DNA of 64,000 nt from Spirochaetia bacterium (GCA_017554185.1 JAFZIU010000077.1:182-64181), one strand, 5' to 3'. Shown: positions 34,803-44,113, counted from the stretch's first letter. Numbers and translations: made by a program. Notes: a model not told the origin generated them from the letters alone.

Positions 34803-35954
34803 TTACTTCATCAGGCTCTTAAACAGAGCAAGCACATCTTCCTTGGAAGCATCCCGTGGGTTGCCTGGGGCACATGCATCCTTGATAGCGCACTCTGCCA
34901 GATAGTCCAAGTCCGCTTCCTTGACAATGCCGTTAAGGCTCTGTGGAATTCCAACATCGATGGAGAGCTGGCGCACTGCATCAACTGCAGCCTTGCGGTA
35001 CTCTTCCTGACTCATTGTGGAAATGCCTTTCACTCCCATTGCCCAAGCGATATTGCGGTACTTCTCTCCGGAAGCCGGTGCATTGTATTCCATTACAGTC
35101 GGCAGCAGGATAGCGCATGCAACACCGTGCGGTGTGTCGTAGAAAGCACTCAGTGTATGAGCCATAGCATGGTCAATTCCAAGGCCTACGTTCGAGAAGC
35201 CCATTCCAGCCACATACTGGCCCAGAGCCATCTCTTCCCTTGCCTTTGGATCTCCCTTTACAGAGTCCCGCAGAGACCGGGCAATAATCTCGATAGCCTT
35301 CAGATGCATCATGTCGGTCATCTCCCAAGCGCCTTTGGTGATATATCCCTCGATAGCGTGGGTCAGGGCATCCATACCGGTGGAAGCCGCCAGTTTTGCA
35401 GGCATGGACATCATCATGTCCGGGTCTACACATGCGATTATTGGAATATCGTGAACATCGACGCATACGAACTTGCGCTTTGCCTGGACATCGGTGATTA
35501 CATAGTTGATTGTAACCTCGGCAGCTGTGCCGGATGTGGTCGGAACTGCGATTATAGGCAGACAAGGATTCTTGGTAGGGGCCACCCCTTCAAGGCTCCG
35601 CACGTCGGCAAACTCTGGGTTTGTGATTATGATTCCAACTGCCTTGGCTGTGTCCATAGAGGATCCGCCTCCGATAGCGATAATGTAATCTGCTCCGCAC
35701 TTCTTGCAGAACTCAACTCCGCTTAGAACATTCTCTACCGGTGGATTCGGCTTGATGTCGGAATATACCTCATATGCAAGTCCTGCTCCGTCCAGGATGT
35801 CGGTAACCTTCTTGGTGACGCCGAACTTAAGCAGATCCGGGTCGGTGCACACCAGCGCTTTTTTCCAGCCGTGAGCTTTTGCTTCGTTGACAATCTCGTT
35901 GATTGCCCCTTTTCCGTGGTAGGATGTCTGGTTAAGAGTAATTCTGTTTGCCAT
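34803..35954 (-). CDS. iron-containing alcohol dehydrogenase (FucO/DhaT-like)
   Basis: Fe-ADH motifs GGGSSMDTAK and the His cluster. Confidence 0.85.
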   Translation of the reverse strand: MANRITLNQTSYHGKGAINEIVNEAKAHGWKKALVCTDPDLLKFGVTKKVTDILDGAGLAYEVYSDIKPNPPVENVLSGVEFCKKCGADYIIAIGGGSSMDTAKAVGIIITNPEFADVRSLEGVAPTKNPCLPIIAVPTTSGTAAEVTINYVITDVQAKRKFVCVDVHDIPIIACVDPDMMMSMPAKLAASTGMDALTHAIEGYITKGAWEMTDMMHLKAIEIIARSLRDSVKGDPKAREEMALGQYVAGMGFSNVGLGIDHAMAHTLSAFYDTPHGVACAILLPTVMEYNAPASGEKYRNIAWAMGVKGISTMSQEEYRKAAVDAVRQLSIDVGIPQSLNGIVKEADLDYLAECAIKDACAPGNPRDASKEDVLALFKSLMK

Positions 35955-36027
35955 GTTTTCTCCTTTTTTTGTAGTCTAACATTACTATTGTAAGGGCAAA
36001 ATCCTTATCTGGCAAGAAATTTGTTGG

Positions 36028-36057
36028 TTGACTTTTCCCATAGGGGGGGGGTATCTT
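36028..36057 (+). promoter_or_regulatory. candidate promoter of the lipoprotein gene with a G9 homopolymer in the spacer (-35 TTGACT, 18-nt spacer tttcccata+G9, -10 TATCTT)
   Basis: G tract at 36043..36051. With G8 the spacing would be 17 nt. Confidence 0.4.
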
Positions 36058-36097
36058 TAAAGTAGAGTTTAAATACTTTGACAAAGGAGGCTTCAAA

Positions 36098-36595
36098 ATG
36101 AAGTCAAAATCATTATTTTTTATCTTTTTAATGGTTTGCCTGGTGTTCTTCCTTGCCAGCTGTGATGGCGGTGGAAGTTCCGGTGGTGGCGGCGGTGAAG
36201 GAAGCGGCGGTGATGTATTTGTTATTACCGATGTAACTCCTCACGATGGTATTGATGATATTCATACTGTTTCTGGAGGTATTTATATTTCATCAGGTGG
36301 AAATGTACTCATTATTAAGGACAGAATAGAGTTAAATAATGGTGGAACCATCCTCGATAAAGTCCAAGCAGAAATAGATGGCGTTCCTGCCGCTAATAGT
36401 GAGTTTACCGGTACATGGAGCCTAAATGGAAATAAATATACCGTTCATCTGACAAAAGAGAAAGATAAACTCGAGGGAACAACAAAAGATGTTGATATCA
36501 ATGCCTCAGCCACCCTTTCTGCAGACGGGAAGACTTTGACATCTGATCAGAAACAAGAGGGTATAGAATGGTATTACGTTTATACAAAGCAGTGA
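36098..36595 (+). CDS. lipoprotein with Gly/Ser-rich linker (165 aa)
   Basis: Lipobox LASC followed by DGGGSSGGGGGEGSGG. AGGAGG RBS. AT-rich gene. Confidence 0.6.
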   Translation: MKSKSLFFIFLMVCLVFFLASCDGGGSSGGGGGEGSGGDVFVITDVTPHDGIDDIHTVSGGIYISSGGNVLIIKDRIELNNGGTILDKVQAEIDGVPAANSEFTGTWSLNGNKYTVHLTKEKDKLEGTTKDVDINASATLSADGKTLTSDQKQEGIEWYYVYTKQ

Positions 36596-36618
36596 TTTTT
36601 ACTGCGTTTGATTGATAC

Positions 36619-36646
36619 AAGGCAGGGTTTTGACTCTGCCTTTTTT
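36619..36646 (+). terminator. rho-independent terminator (aggcag-N10-ctgcct plus T5)
   Basis: Seen in sequence. Confidence 0.5.
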
Positions 36647-36690
36647 GTTGCAGTGCAATGATTTAGAAAAAAGTTTAAAAATTTTTCATT

Positions 36691-36745
36691 TTGTTCTTGC
36701 ATATAGAAACAAAACATGCTATTGTGTTTCTATCCATAAGAACAA
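36691..36745 (+). promoter_or_regulatory. 55-nt inverted repeat (TTGTTCTTGCATATAGAAACA ... TGTTTCTATCCATAAGAACAA) abutting the trpB2 RBS; candidate operator or translation-regulating hairpin
   Basis: 8-bp and 7-bp stems separated by a 6x6 internal loop, with a 13-nt apical loop. 3' arm ends at 36745; AAGGAGG is at 36744..36750. A possible -35/-10 (TTGCAT/TATTGT) sits inside. Confidence 0.35.
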
Positions 36746-36762
36746 GGAGGTTACAGAGTCTT

Positions 36763-38148
36763 ATGAGCAAAAATGAAATCCCTTACAAAATCTATCTTTC
36801 TGAAAACGAGTTGCCAAAGAGCTGGTACAATCTCCGTGCTGATATGAAGAACAAGCCGGCCCCGCTGCTCCACCCGGGCACACATCAGCCCCTTAAGCTG
36901 GAGGAGCTTACCCCTATTTTCTGCGAAGAGCTGGCAAAGCAGGAGCTGGATGACACCACTCCATATATCGAGATTCCAGAGGAAATCCGGAACTTCTACA
37001 AGATGTACCGGCCATCTCCACTGGTTCGGGCATACTGCCTTGAGAAACAGCTGGGAACCCCTGCAAAGATCTACTACAAGTTCGAAGGAAACAACACATC
37101 TGGAAGCCACAAGCTTAACTCAGCCATTGCCCAGGCCTACTATGCAAAGAAACAGGGCCTCAAGGGTGTGACCACCGAGACTGGCGCCGGACAGTGGGGA
37201 ACAGCCCTTTCCATGGCATGTGCATACTTCGGTCTGGACTGCCAGGTCTACATGGTCAAGGTTTCCTACGAGCAGAAGCCGTTCCGCCGCGAGGTAATGC
37301 GGACCTACGGAGCAAAGGTCACTCCTTCTCCATCCGACACAACCAATGTTGGACGGGCTATCCTGAAGCAGTTCCCTGGAACAACAGGAAGCTTGGGATG
37401 CGCTATCTCCGAGGCTGTTGAAGCTGCAACAACACAGGAAGGCTACCGCTATGTGCTTGGAAGCGTACTTGCACAGGTATTGCTGCACCAGACAGTAATC
37501 GGTCAGGAAACCATGACAGCATTGGATAAATATGGTGTAAAACCAGATATGATTATCGGCTGTGCCGGCGGCGGTTCCAACCTGGGCGGCCTTATCTCTC
37601 CATTCATGGGAAGAAAGCTCCGGGGCGAGGCAGACTACCAGATCATCGCTGTAGAGCCTGCATCCTGCCCGAGCTTCACCAGAGGTGTGTATGCATACGA
37701 CTTCTGCGACACAGGCCATGTATGTCCGCTGGCAAAGATGTACACACTGGGCTCTGAGTTCATTCCATCTGCAAACCACGCAGGCGGACTCCGCTACCAC
37801 GGCATGAGCTCCATCCTGTCCCAGCTGTACGATGACAAGCTTATCGAAGCACGGGCTGTCGAGCAGACATCGGTATTCCAGGCTGCAGAGCAGTTTGCAC
37901 GTGTCGAGGGTATCCTCCCTGCACCAGAGTCCAGCCATGCTATCCGCGTAGCTATCGACGAGGCACTCAAGTGCAAAGAGACCGGTGAAGAGAAGACAAT
38001 CGTATTCGGCCTTACCGGAACCGGTTACTTCGACCTGGTTGCATATCAGAAGTACAACGACGGCCAGATGGGCGACTATATCCCGACCGATGCCGACCTG
38101 AAGAGGGGCTTCGATGCAATCCCGCGGTTCCCTGGAAACATGGAATAA
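36763..38148 (+). CDS. trpB: TrpB2-type tryptophan synthase beta-like PLP enzyme
   Basis: TrpB-like PLP lysine region (SGSHKLNSA) and the TrpB2 N-terminal extension. ATG at 36763 (MSKNEIPYKI) preceded by AAGGAGG; the upstream track extension is non-coding. Confidence 0.8.
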   Translation: MSKNEIPYKIYLSENELPKSWYNLRADMKNKPAPLLHPGTHQPLKLEELTPIFCEELAKQELDDTTPYIEIPEEIRNFYKMYRPSPLVRAYCLEKQLGTPAKIYYKFEGNNTSGSHKLNSAIAQAYYAKKQGLKGVTTETGAGQWGTALSMACAYFGLDCQVYMVKVSYEQKPFRREVMRTYGAKVTPSPSDTTNVGRAILKQFPGTTGSLGCAISEAVEAATTQEGYRYVLGSVLAQVLLHQTVIGQETMTALDKYGVKPDMIIGCAGGGSNLGGLISPFMGRKLRGEADYQIIAVEPASCPSFTRGVYAYDFCDTGHVCPLAKMYTLGSEFIPSANHAGGLRYHGMSSILSQLYDDKLIEARAVEQTSVFQAAEQFARVEGILPAPESSHAIRVAIDEALKCKETGEEKTIVFGLTGTGYFDLVAYQKYNDGQMGDYIPTDADLKRGFDAIPRFPGNME

Positions 38149-38183
38149 TTAAGTAAAAGTAGTTCTCCTGAGAAAGATTTGTA

Positions 38184-38216
38184 CCCTGTGTCAGCAATGG
38201 CACAGGGATTTTTATT
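38184..38216. terminator. terminator ccctgtg-N10-cacaggg plus ATTTTTATTT between convergent genes
   Basis: Near-identical stem to the terminator at 13333. Confidence 0.55.
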
Positions 38217-39153
38217 TCATCTGCTTTTCCCAGAATCGCACAGCATCATCAAGCCAGCCCTCGGCTATGGTGCCGGCTCCAAGCCCAAAGCCGTGAGGCA
38301 ATCCATTGTAGGCATGGAACTCGGTAGGTATGCCCAGGGCTTTCATTGCATCAATGCGCTGTTCCATAGTTCTCCAGCTGGCTATGCCGTCACTCTTGCC
38401 GACACAGACAAAAGTCGGCGGGTCGGTGGCCTGGTAATCATCATATCCAGTATACTGCATAACAACAGTGCCAGCCCTTGGAATATCGCCGCCACCGAAG
38501 TACTGTGCCCCGTAGCTGTCCAAAGTTGCCGCCATCCGTGCCCCTGCGCTGCCTCCCCACAGAGAGTAGCAGTTTGTATCCACCTGCAGATCATCGGCAT
38601 GCTCAAAGATAAATGTCAGAGCCCGGGCTAAATCCTGATATGCAGTAAGCCACCCAGGTCTGTAGATAATGGCAAAAGCATTGTAGCCCTTTTTAGAAAG
38701 TTCCAGAGCGTGGGGAAAACTGTCCTGCAGAGCTCCCACATAGACAAACCCGCCGCCTGCATTGCACACAGCAAACTTTGCCCCTGGCTTCCCACGGAAG
38801 AAGAATAATCCGGTATCCCGCTTTGCTGGATCGGCTTTCTTTTCTTCTTCTGTATAGATATTGTAGAATACCTGCTCACCCTTCTGTGCATGCTCTTTAA
38901 AATATTTGACTATTTCTACAGTTTTATTCGGGTCATGCCCATACCAAGTTAGGCGGAGATTTCCAAGTGTAGTGCCGGAATAGTAGTGATCATTGGCTGG
39001 GAAAATCAGCCTTCCCCAGGGCTTGAGATCCGGGTCATTTTTCACATCTTCTATAGCTGTATTTGTGGTAATATTGTTCATTGTAAGCCCCTTTGCATAA
39101 AGTGCTGTGCTAAGACAGAATGCCAGTAGAAGAAGTGCAATATATTTTTTCAT
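38212..39153 (-). CDS. secreted alpha/beta-hydrolase (esterase/lipase)
   Basis: Signal peptide. Nucleophile elbow GGSAG, catalytic His near LPHGFG. Confidence 0.75.
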   Translation of the reverse strand: MKKYIALLLLAFCLSTALYAKGLTMNNITTNTAIEDVKNDPDLKPWGRLIFPANDHYYSGTTLGNLRLTWYGHDPNKTVEIVKYFKEHAQKGEQVFYNIYTEEEKKADPAKRDTGLFFFRGKPGAKFAVCNAGGGFVYVGALQDSFPHALELSKKGYNAFAIIYRPGWLTAYQDLARALTFIFEHADDLQVDTNCYSLWGGSAGARMAATLDSYGAQYFGGGDIPRAGTVVMQYTGYDDYQATDPPTFVCVGKSDGIASWRTMEQRIDAMKALGIPTEFHAYNGLPHGFGLGAGTIAEGWLDDAVRFWEKQMK

Positions 39154-39206
39154 GTCATACTCCTTTCTTCAATTCCACTTTAATAATACAAAGATGGAAG
39201 AGCATT

Positions 39207-39251
39207 TGTACAATATAACTTTCGCAACCCGCTATACCTAAAACGCATAGC
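39207..39251. repeat. copy A of a 45-nt repeated element (TGTACAATATAAcTTTCGCAA-N-GCTATA-N7-AACGCATAGC); the second copy is at 42525
   Basis: About 80% identity to 42525..42569. Lies upstream of the minus-strand hydrolase gene. Confidence 0.4.
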
Positions 39252-39348
39252 AAAAAAGTTGAAAAATATTTTGTTGTTCTATTGACATTACAACAAAACC
39301 ACGCTATATTATTCTTGTAACTTAAAAAGAACAACAAAGGAGGCCACT

Positions 39349-40134
39349 ATGGCAAAGACAGTTAAATTAGCAAAAGGAATTATGGAAGTATACGATTTCG
39401 GAACAGTAAAACTCCACGCATACAAGACTAACGATTTTATCACAGACGAATGCTTCCTGGTGGAAAAAAACGGAGCAGCATTCCTTATTGAATCACCATG
39501 TTTCTTTGACAACATTGCAGAGCTTGAAAAATACATCAAGGACGCTGGACTCAAGTATGAAGGAACAGTTATCTCTTACCATGGAGCAGGTGCCAGCTTT
39601 ATGAAAGGTTACCCTGTCTACTCCACCAAGAATGCAGATGACTACAACCACAATGGCGGTGGCGCAGGACTGGTCAACAAATTCACAGGAGCTTTCGGAA
39701 CAGTTTTTGACAACTCTATCTATACCACCACAGATTTCATCAAGGGTGACACCCTCACTCTGGCAGGGGTAGAGATGAAGATCACAATTACAGGCGAGGC
39801 TTTTGACATAGAGATTCCCGAGATCAACGCAGTTTATACCCACATGTTGGGACACGACTGCCACTCTATCGTAGCTGGTGCCGGCCATGCTGACGCTATC
39901 ATTGCACAGCTTGAGGGCTATATCAAAAAAGGAATCAATATGATCCTTACCTCTCACTACACAGTAGAGAACCTGGAAGATGCAAAGACAAAGATTGCAT
40001 ATCTGGAAGATCTTAAGAAAATTGCAGCCGCAAACACTACCCCCGAGGCTTTCAAGGCAGCAGTTAAGGCTAAATACGGAACATATTCCGGAGAAAACTA
40101 TCTGGATATGACCACTGGTTTCTTCTACAAATAA
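39349..40134 (+). CDS. hypothetical protein (261 aa), possibly metallo-hydrolase-like
   Basis: AGGAGG RBS. Sequence THMLGHDCHSIVAGAGH. No confident family assignment. Confidence 0.4.
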   Translation: MAKTVKLAKGIMEVYDFGTVKLHAYKTNDFITDECFLVEKNGAAFLIESPCFFDNIAELEKYIKDAGLKYEGTVISYHGAGASFMKGYPVYSTKNADDYNHNGGGAGLVNKFTGAFGTVFDNSIYTTTDFIKGDTLTLAGVEMKITITGEAFDIEIPEINAVYTHMLGHDCHSIVAGAGHADAIIAQLEGYIKKGINMILTSHYTVENLEDAKTKIAYLEDLKKIAAANTTPEAFKAAVKAKYGTYSGENYLDMTTGFFYK

Positions 40135-40168
40135 AAGAATTCTGGTATACTTCCGGCAGGAGCAGAAG

Positions 40169-40588
40169 ATGAGGATTAGTGTTCGTTTTACTGCAGCAGT
40201 CCACACACTGCTGTGCATAGATTACTTCGAAGACTCATTTAAAGTTACATCTGACTTCATTGCCGGAAGCACCGGAGTCAACGCTGTCATCATAAGAAAG
40301 ATACTTCTGCAGTTGCAGAAGGCTAATCTGGTGACCACGGCGGCAGGAACCGGCGGCTCCCACCTGGCAAAGGAGCCCGAAGATATAACGCTGCTTGATA
40401 TTTATAACGCTGTCAAGGATAAGGAGGATGAGATATTCAACTTCCATCCTTCCCCTAATGGCAAATGCCCGGTGGGAAATAACATCCACCGGGTATTGGA
40501 TCCATGTTTGAACACTGCCCAAGGAGCCTTGGAAGCGGAGCTTGGCAAGACCACCCTGGCAGATCTGCTTAAAAAATTACCTAAATAA
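40169..40588 (+). CDS. Rrf2 family transcriptional regulator
   Basis: Rrf2 wHTH (SDFIAGSTGVNAVIIRKILLQLQKANLV). Only a single C-terminal Cys (NGKCPVGNN). Confidence 0.8.
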   Translation: MRISVRFTAAVHTLLCIDYFEDSFKVTSDFIAGSTGVNAVIIRKILLQLQKANLVTTAAGTGGSHLAKEPEDITLLDIYNAVKDKEDEIFNFHPSPNGKCPVGNNIHRVLDPCLNTAQGALEAELGKTTLADLLKKLPK

Positions 40589-40606
40589 ATCTAACAAGCT
40601 GATAGT

Positions 40607-41608
40607 TTACTTTATCTCAACAAGTCTATAGTTGCGGGAACCGAAGCCGATTTTTGCTGCGTGCTCCAGAGTGTGGATTCCGTTCCTGCTCTCAATGCGC
40701 TCAATCAGACTGCCGGAATCTTTTGCCTTGTAAACCAGATCAACACAAGCCTGGTCAAGGGCAACCGGGTCGGTGGATGCAAGAATTCCGATATCGTGCA
40801 TATCAGGCTCTGCCGGATTTGCATTACAATCACAGTCCACGCTCAGCCGGTTCATAACATTCACACATACAATTCCTTTGCCATCCTGCATATAATCGCA
40901 TACCGACTTTGCAGCTTCTGCCATGCTCTCAAGGAACTCATCCTGAGGACAGCGGGTCCAAGATGTCACACTCCGTCCTGCGCTGTGGATATTAAGCTTA
41001 CCCGATTTTTCGCAGCTCATACCCGATGCAAAACCTATGGAAAGATTCTTGATTGCACCGCCGAAACCGCCCATGGCATGTCCCTTGAAGTGGGAGAGGA
41101 TCAGATAGGTCTGGTAGTCCTTAAAATGGGTGCCCACATAGTTTTCCTTAAGCCGGATACCGCCATTCACAGGAATTGTCATATACCCTTCTTCATCCTG
41201 CAGGTCAAAGCCGTTTGCCACATCCAGAAAGCCGTGCTCCTTTGCAATCCTCATATGGTCTATGTTGTTGCTCCTAGAGCCGCCGTATGCTGTGTTGCAT
41301 TCCACGATTGTAGCGTTAAGTTCATCCTTAACCAGCTTTCCAATTAAGGCTGGACGTAGATAATTTGTTTTCTCGCTTTCGCCGGTGCTCACTTTCACTC
41401 CAGTTTTACCAGTCGCCTTATAGCCAGTGGCATTGTATACTTTTACCAGGGCTTCCGGTGTGATGTCCTTTATAAAATAGACCACCGGAGCAGACTTATC
41501 TTTTGTCTCAAAAGTTTTATTTTTTTCCACCTCTTTTTCTCCCTTTGCAAAAAGTGATACCGAAAGTGCCAGCACAAGTGCAACAACAAAAATTGATTTC
41601 AGTTTCAT
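40607..41608 (-). CDS. secreted hypothetical protein (DUF362-like)
   Basis: Signal peptide. Motifs HFKGHAMGGFGGAIKNLSIG and CDCNANP. Family recalled from memory. Confidence 0.4.
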   Translation of the reverse strand: MKLKSIFVVALVLALSVSLFAKGEKEVEKNKTFETKDKSAPVVYFIKDITPEALVKVYNATGYKATGKTGVKVSTGESEKTNYLRPALIGKLVKDELNATIVECNTAYGGSRSNNIDHMRIAKEHGFLDVANGFDLQDEEGYMTIPVNGGIRLKENYVGTHFKDYQTYLILSHFKGHAMGGFGGAIKNLSIGFASGMSCEKSGKLNIHSAGRSVTSWTRCPQDEFLESMAEAAKSVCDYMQDGKGIVCVNVMNRLSVDCDCNANPAEPDMHDIGILASTDPVALDQACVDLVYKAKDSGSLIERIESRNGIHTLEHAAKIGFGSRNYRLVEIK

Positions 41609-41617
41609 AATAAGCTC

Positions 41618-42478
41618 CTACTCCGGCTTTCCGCTTAAAATAAATTTCACTATATTCGGGTCGTTGTGATCAATAATCTCGCTGTGTCCCAGGTCAAGGG
41701 AATCGATTTTTGCCATGTCACTTTTGGTAAGCTTAAAGTCCCATATGTCAAAGTTCTGCTCCATGCGCTCCTTATGCACGCTCTTCGGCAGGATTGAGAC
41801 GCCTCTCTGGACATTCCACTTAAGAGCAACCTGGGCGGCAGTCTTTCCGTACTTCCTTCCAATATCGCTTAGGACCGGGTGAGTAAAGATACCGTGTTTG
41901 CCCTCTGCAAGAGGCCCCCAGGCCTGAGGTACACAGCCATATTCCTTCATAATTTCGATTGCATTGTACTGAGCAAAGAAAGGATGAAGCTCAATCTGGT
42001 TCACCATAGGTTTTACATCTACCAATGTGCAGAACTCAGTCATCTTCCCAGGATTGAAGTTGGACACTCCTATGGCTCGGATCTTGCCAGCCTTGTAAAG
42101 CTCTGTCATTGCCCTCCATGCACCATATACATCACCATAAGGCTGATGCAGAAGAAGCAGGTCAAGGTACTCCAGACCAAGCCTTCTCAAGCAGCGGTCA
42201 AAGCCTTTCTTGGCCTCTTCGTATCCGTAGTCGCTGGTCCACAGTTTTGTGGTTATAAAAAGATCTTCCCTCTTTACAATTCCTGCTGCCACTGCCTCTT
42301 TTATTGCAGCTCCTACAGCTTCCTCATTCATATATATTGCAGCTGTATCAATCAGCCTGTAACCTGTCTTAATAGCATCTAAAACCGCCTGCTTACACAC
42401 CTGTGGATCCGGCACCTGAAAAACTCCGAAGCCTTCCAGAGGCATCTTAACGCCATTATGCAAAGTACTATATTCCAT
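41618..42478 (-). CDS. aldo/keto reductase
   Basis: AKR catalytic tetrad context (IDTAAIYMNE) and C-terminal cofactor loop. Confidence 0.85.
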   Translation of the reverse strand: MEYSTLHNGVKMPLEGFGVFQVPDPQVCKQAVLDAIKTGYRLIDTAAIYMNEEAVGAAIKEAVAAGIVKREDLFITTKLWTSDYGYEEAKKGFDRCLRRLGLEYLDLLLLHQPYGDVYGAWRAMTELYKAGKIRAIGVSNFNPGKMTEFCTLVDVKPMVNQIELHPFFAQYNAIEIMKEYGCVPQAWGPLAEGKHGIFTHPVLSDIGRKYGKTAAQVALKWNVQRGVSILPKSVHKERMEQNFDIWDFKLTKSDMAKIDSLDLGHSEIIDHNDPNIVKFILSGKPE

Positions 42479-42524
42479 GAATCAATCTCCTTATGATTCA
42501 AGGATAACGGCTGGGTCGTAAAAT

Positions 42525-42569
42525 GTACAATATAATTTTCGCAATGTGCTATATCAGGAACGCATAGCT
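42525..42569. repeat. copy B of the 45-nt repeated element; spans the AKR upstream region and the last 7 codons of the LysR gene
   Basis: See copy A at 39207. Confidence 0.4.
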
Positions 42570-43376
42570 GTTTTTATCTCTTTTATGAAAGACTACATAG
42601 TAAGTTGCAAGTGCTTCCTTGTCAGTAATCGGAATATCTGTGCGGTCACTCTTCCAATCTGTGCGTTTCTGTGTCACATCGGTGGAGAAAGAAGGAAGCT
42701 GGGAGGAATTTACCAGTGTGGAAAAATCATCCCTGCTGTTCTGCAAGAGGAAACGGCTGTTGGGCATCATCTTCTCATGAATTTCATGCCAGAAGCCTAT
42801 CTCGCTCATCAAAAGCATGGTCTCCCCGTCAATGTCCTTGAATTTAAGCGACTTGCGTTTCTCAAATTTATGCCCCTTCGGAGCCGAGAAATAAAGGTGT
42901 TCGGTACCATATTTCCTGCATATATAATTATCATCTACTATGGGCTCGGCCAGAACTGCTATCTGGATCTCTCCCCTGTCCAGCTTTCTGCGGACAGCTT
43001 CTGAACCTTCAACTGATGATGTGATGTTCTTATCAGGATAAATGGAAGAAAGCTGCGGAATCAGGTCCCATAGGGGCGAAGGTGCTACAGAAGCAATATT
43101 GATGCTGTGTTCCATGCGGTATGTATCCTGAAGCACTGTCTTGAAGCTGTTCACGCTCAACTCGATATCCTTTGCATACTGTACAGCCAGCTTTCCATAT
43201 TCGTTCAAGGCAATGGTATTCTTGGTCCTGGTAAAAAGTGGCACCCCCAGTTCCTCCTCCAGATGCTTCATTGCACGGCTCAAGGCAGGCTGTGATGTAT
43301 GCACCTGCTGCGCCGCCTTCGAAATATTGCCGCACTCGGCGAATGCCAGGAATTGGTTGATCTGATATAGTTCCAT
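42549..43376 (-). CDS. LysR family transcriptional regulator
   Basis: N-terminal LysR HTH (MELYQINQFLAFAECGNISKAAQQVHTSQPALSRAMKHLEEELG). ATG at 43376; the track extension is spurious. Confidence 0.8.
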   Translation of the reverse strand: MELYQINQFLAFAECGNISKAAQQVHTSQPALSRAMKHLEEELGVPLFTRTKNTIALNEYGKLAVQYAKDIELSVNSFKTVLQDTYRMEHSINIASVAPSPLWDLIPQLSSIYPDKNITSSVEGSEAVRRKLDRGEIQIAVLAEPIVDDNYICRKYGTEHLYFSAPKGHKFEKRKSLKFKDIDGETMLLMSEIGFWHEIHEKMMPNSRFLLQNSRDDFSTLVNSSQLPSFSTDVTQKRTDWKSDRTDIPITDKEALATYYVVFHKRDKNSYAFLI

Positions 43377-43481
43377 AATATTATTATACCACGTACTATG
43401 CGTTTTGAGTATAGTGGATTGCGAAATATTTATTGTACAAATATGTAAGAATGTTACAGAATAAAGCAAAGGGAGAATGAT

Positions 43482-44099
43482 ATGAACGTATTGATGATAA
43501 ATGGAAGCCCTCATGCAAGCGGCAATACAACCCTTGCCTTGGGAGAAATGGAAAAGATATTTGCACAGGAAGGGATTGAGACAAAAATCCTGAATATTGG
43601 AAACAAAGCTATCCGTGGCTGTATAGCATGCCGGTCATGCGCCAAAACCGGTAAATGTGTCTTTGACGATTGTGTGAACGAGGCAGCACCCCTTTTTGAG
43701 AAGACCGACGGTCTAGTGGTGGCAAGCCCTGTTTATTATGCCTCGGCAAATGCAACCCTTATTGCGTTCCTTGACCGACTGTTCTTCAGCACCCATTTTG
43801 ACAAGACCATGAAGGTAGGTGCCAGCGTGGTATGTGCAAGGCGGGGCGGCTGTACTGCCACATTCGACGAACTGAACAAATATTTTACCATTTGCGGGAT
43901 GCCTGTAACTTCAAGCCAGTACTGGAACTGCGTCCACGGCCGGGAGATAGGCGAGGCTGCCCAGGATTCCGAAGGGCTTCAGACCATGAGGGTTCTTGCC
44001 CGGAATATGTCATTCCTTATAAAAAGCATTGCCCTTGGAAAGGAAAAATATGGCCTGCCCGAGAAAGAGCCATGGCAGCCTACTCACTTTATAAGATGA
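43482..44099 (+). CDS. flavodoxin-like fold FMN reductase / iron-sulfur flavoprotein family
   Basis: MINGSPHASGNT N-terminus and a CxxC pair (CIACRSCAKTGKC). Confidence 0.7.
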   Translation: MNVLMINGSPHASGNTTLALGEMEKIFAQEGIETKILNIGNKAIRGCIACRSCAKTGKCVFDDCVNEAAPLFEKTDGLVVASPVYYASANATLIAFLDRLFFSTHFDKTMKVGASVVCARRGGCTATFDELNKYFTICGMPVTSSQYWNCVHGREIGEAAQDSEGLQTMRVLARNMSFLIKSIALGKEKYGLPEKEPWQPTHFIR

Positions 44100-44113
44100 A
44101 AAGGAGTAAATAG

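Noticed and set aside
36691-36762. T-box, TRAP-binding (GAG/UAG)n or leader-peptide attenuator upstream of trpB2
   Set aside because: The leader is only about 70 nt. There is no T-box consensus, only 4-5 irregular triplets, and the only upstream mini-ORF (MLLCFYP) has no Trp codons.
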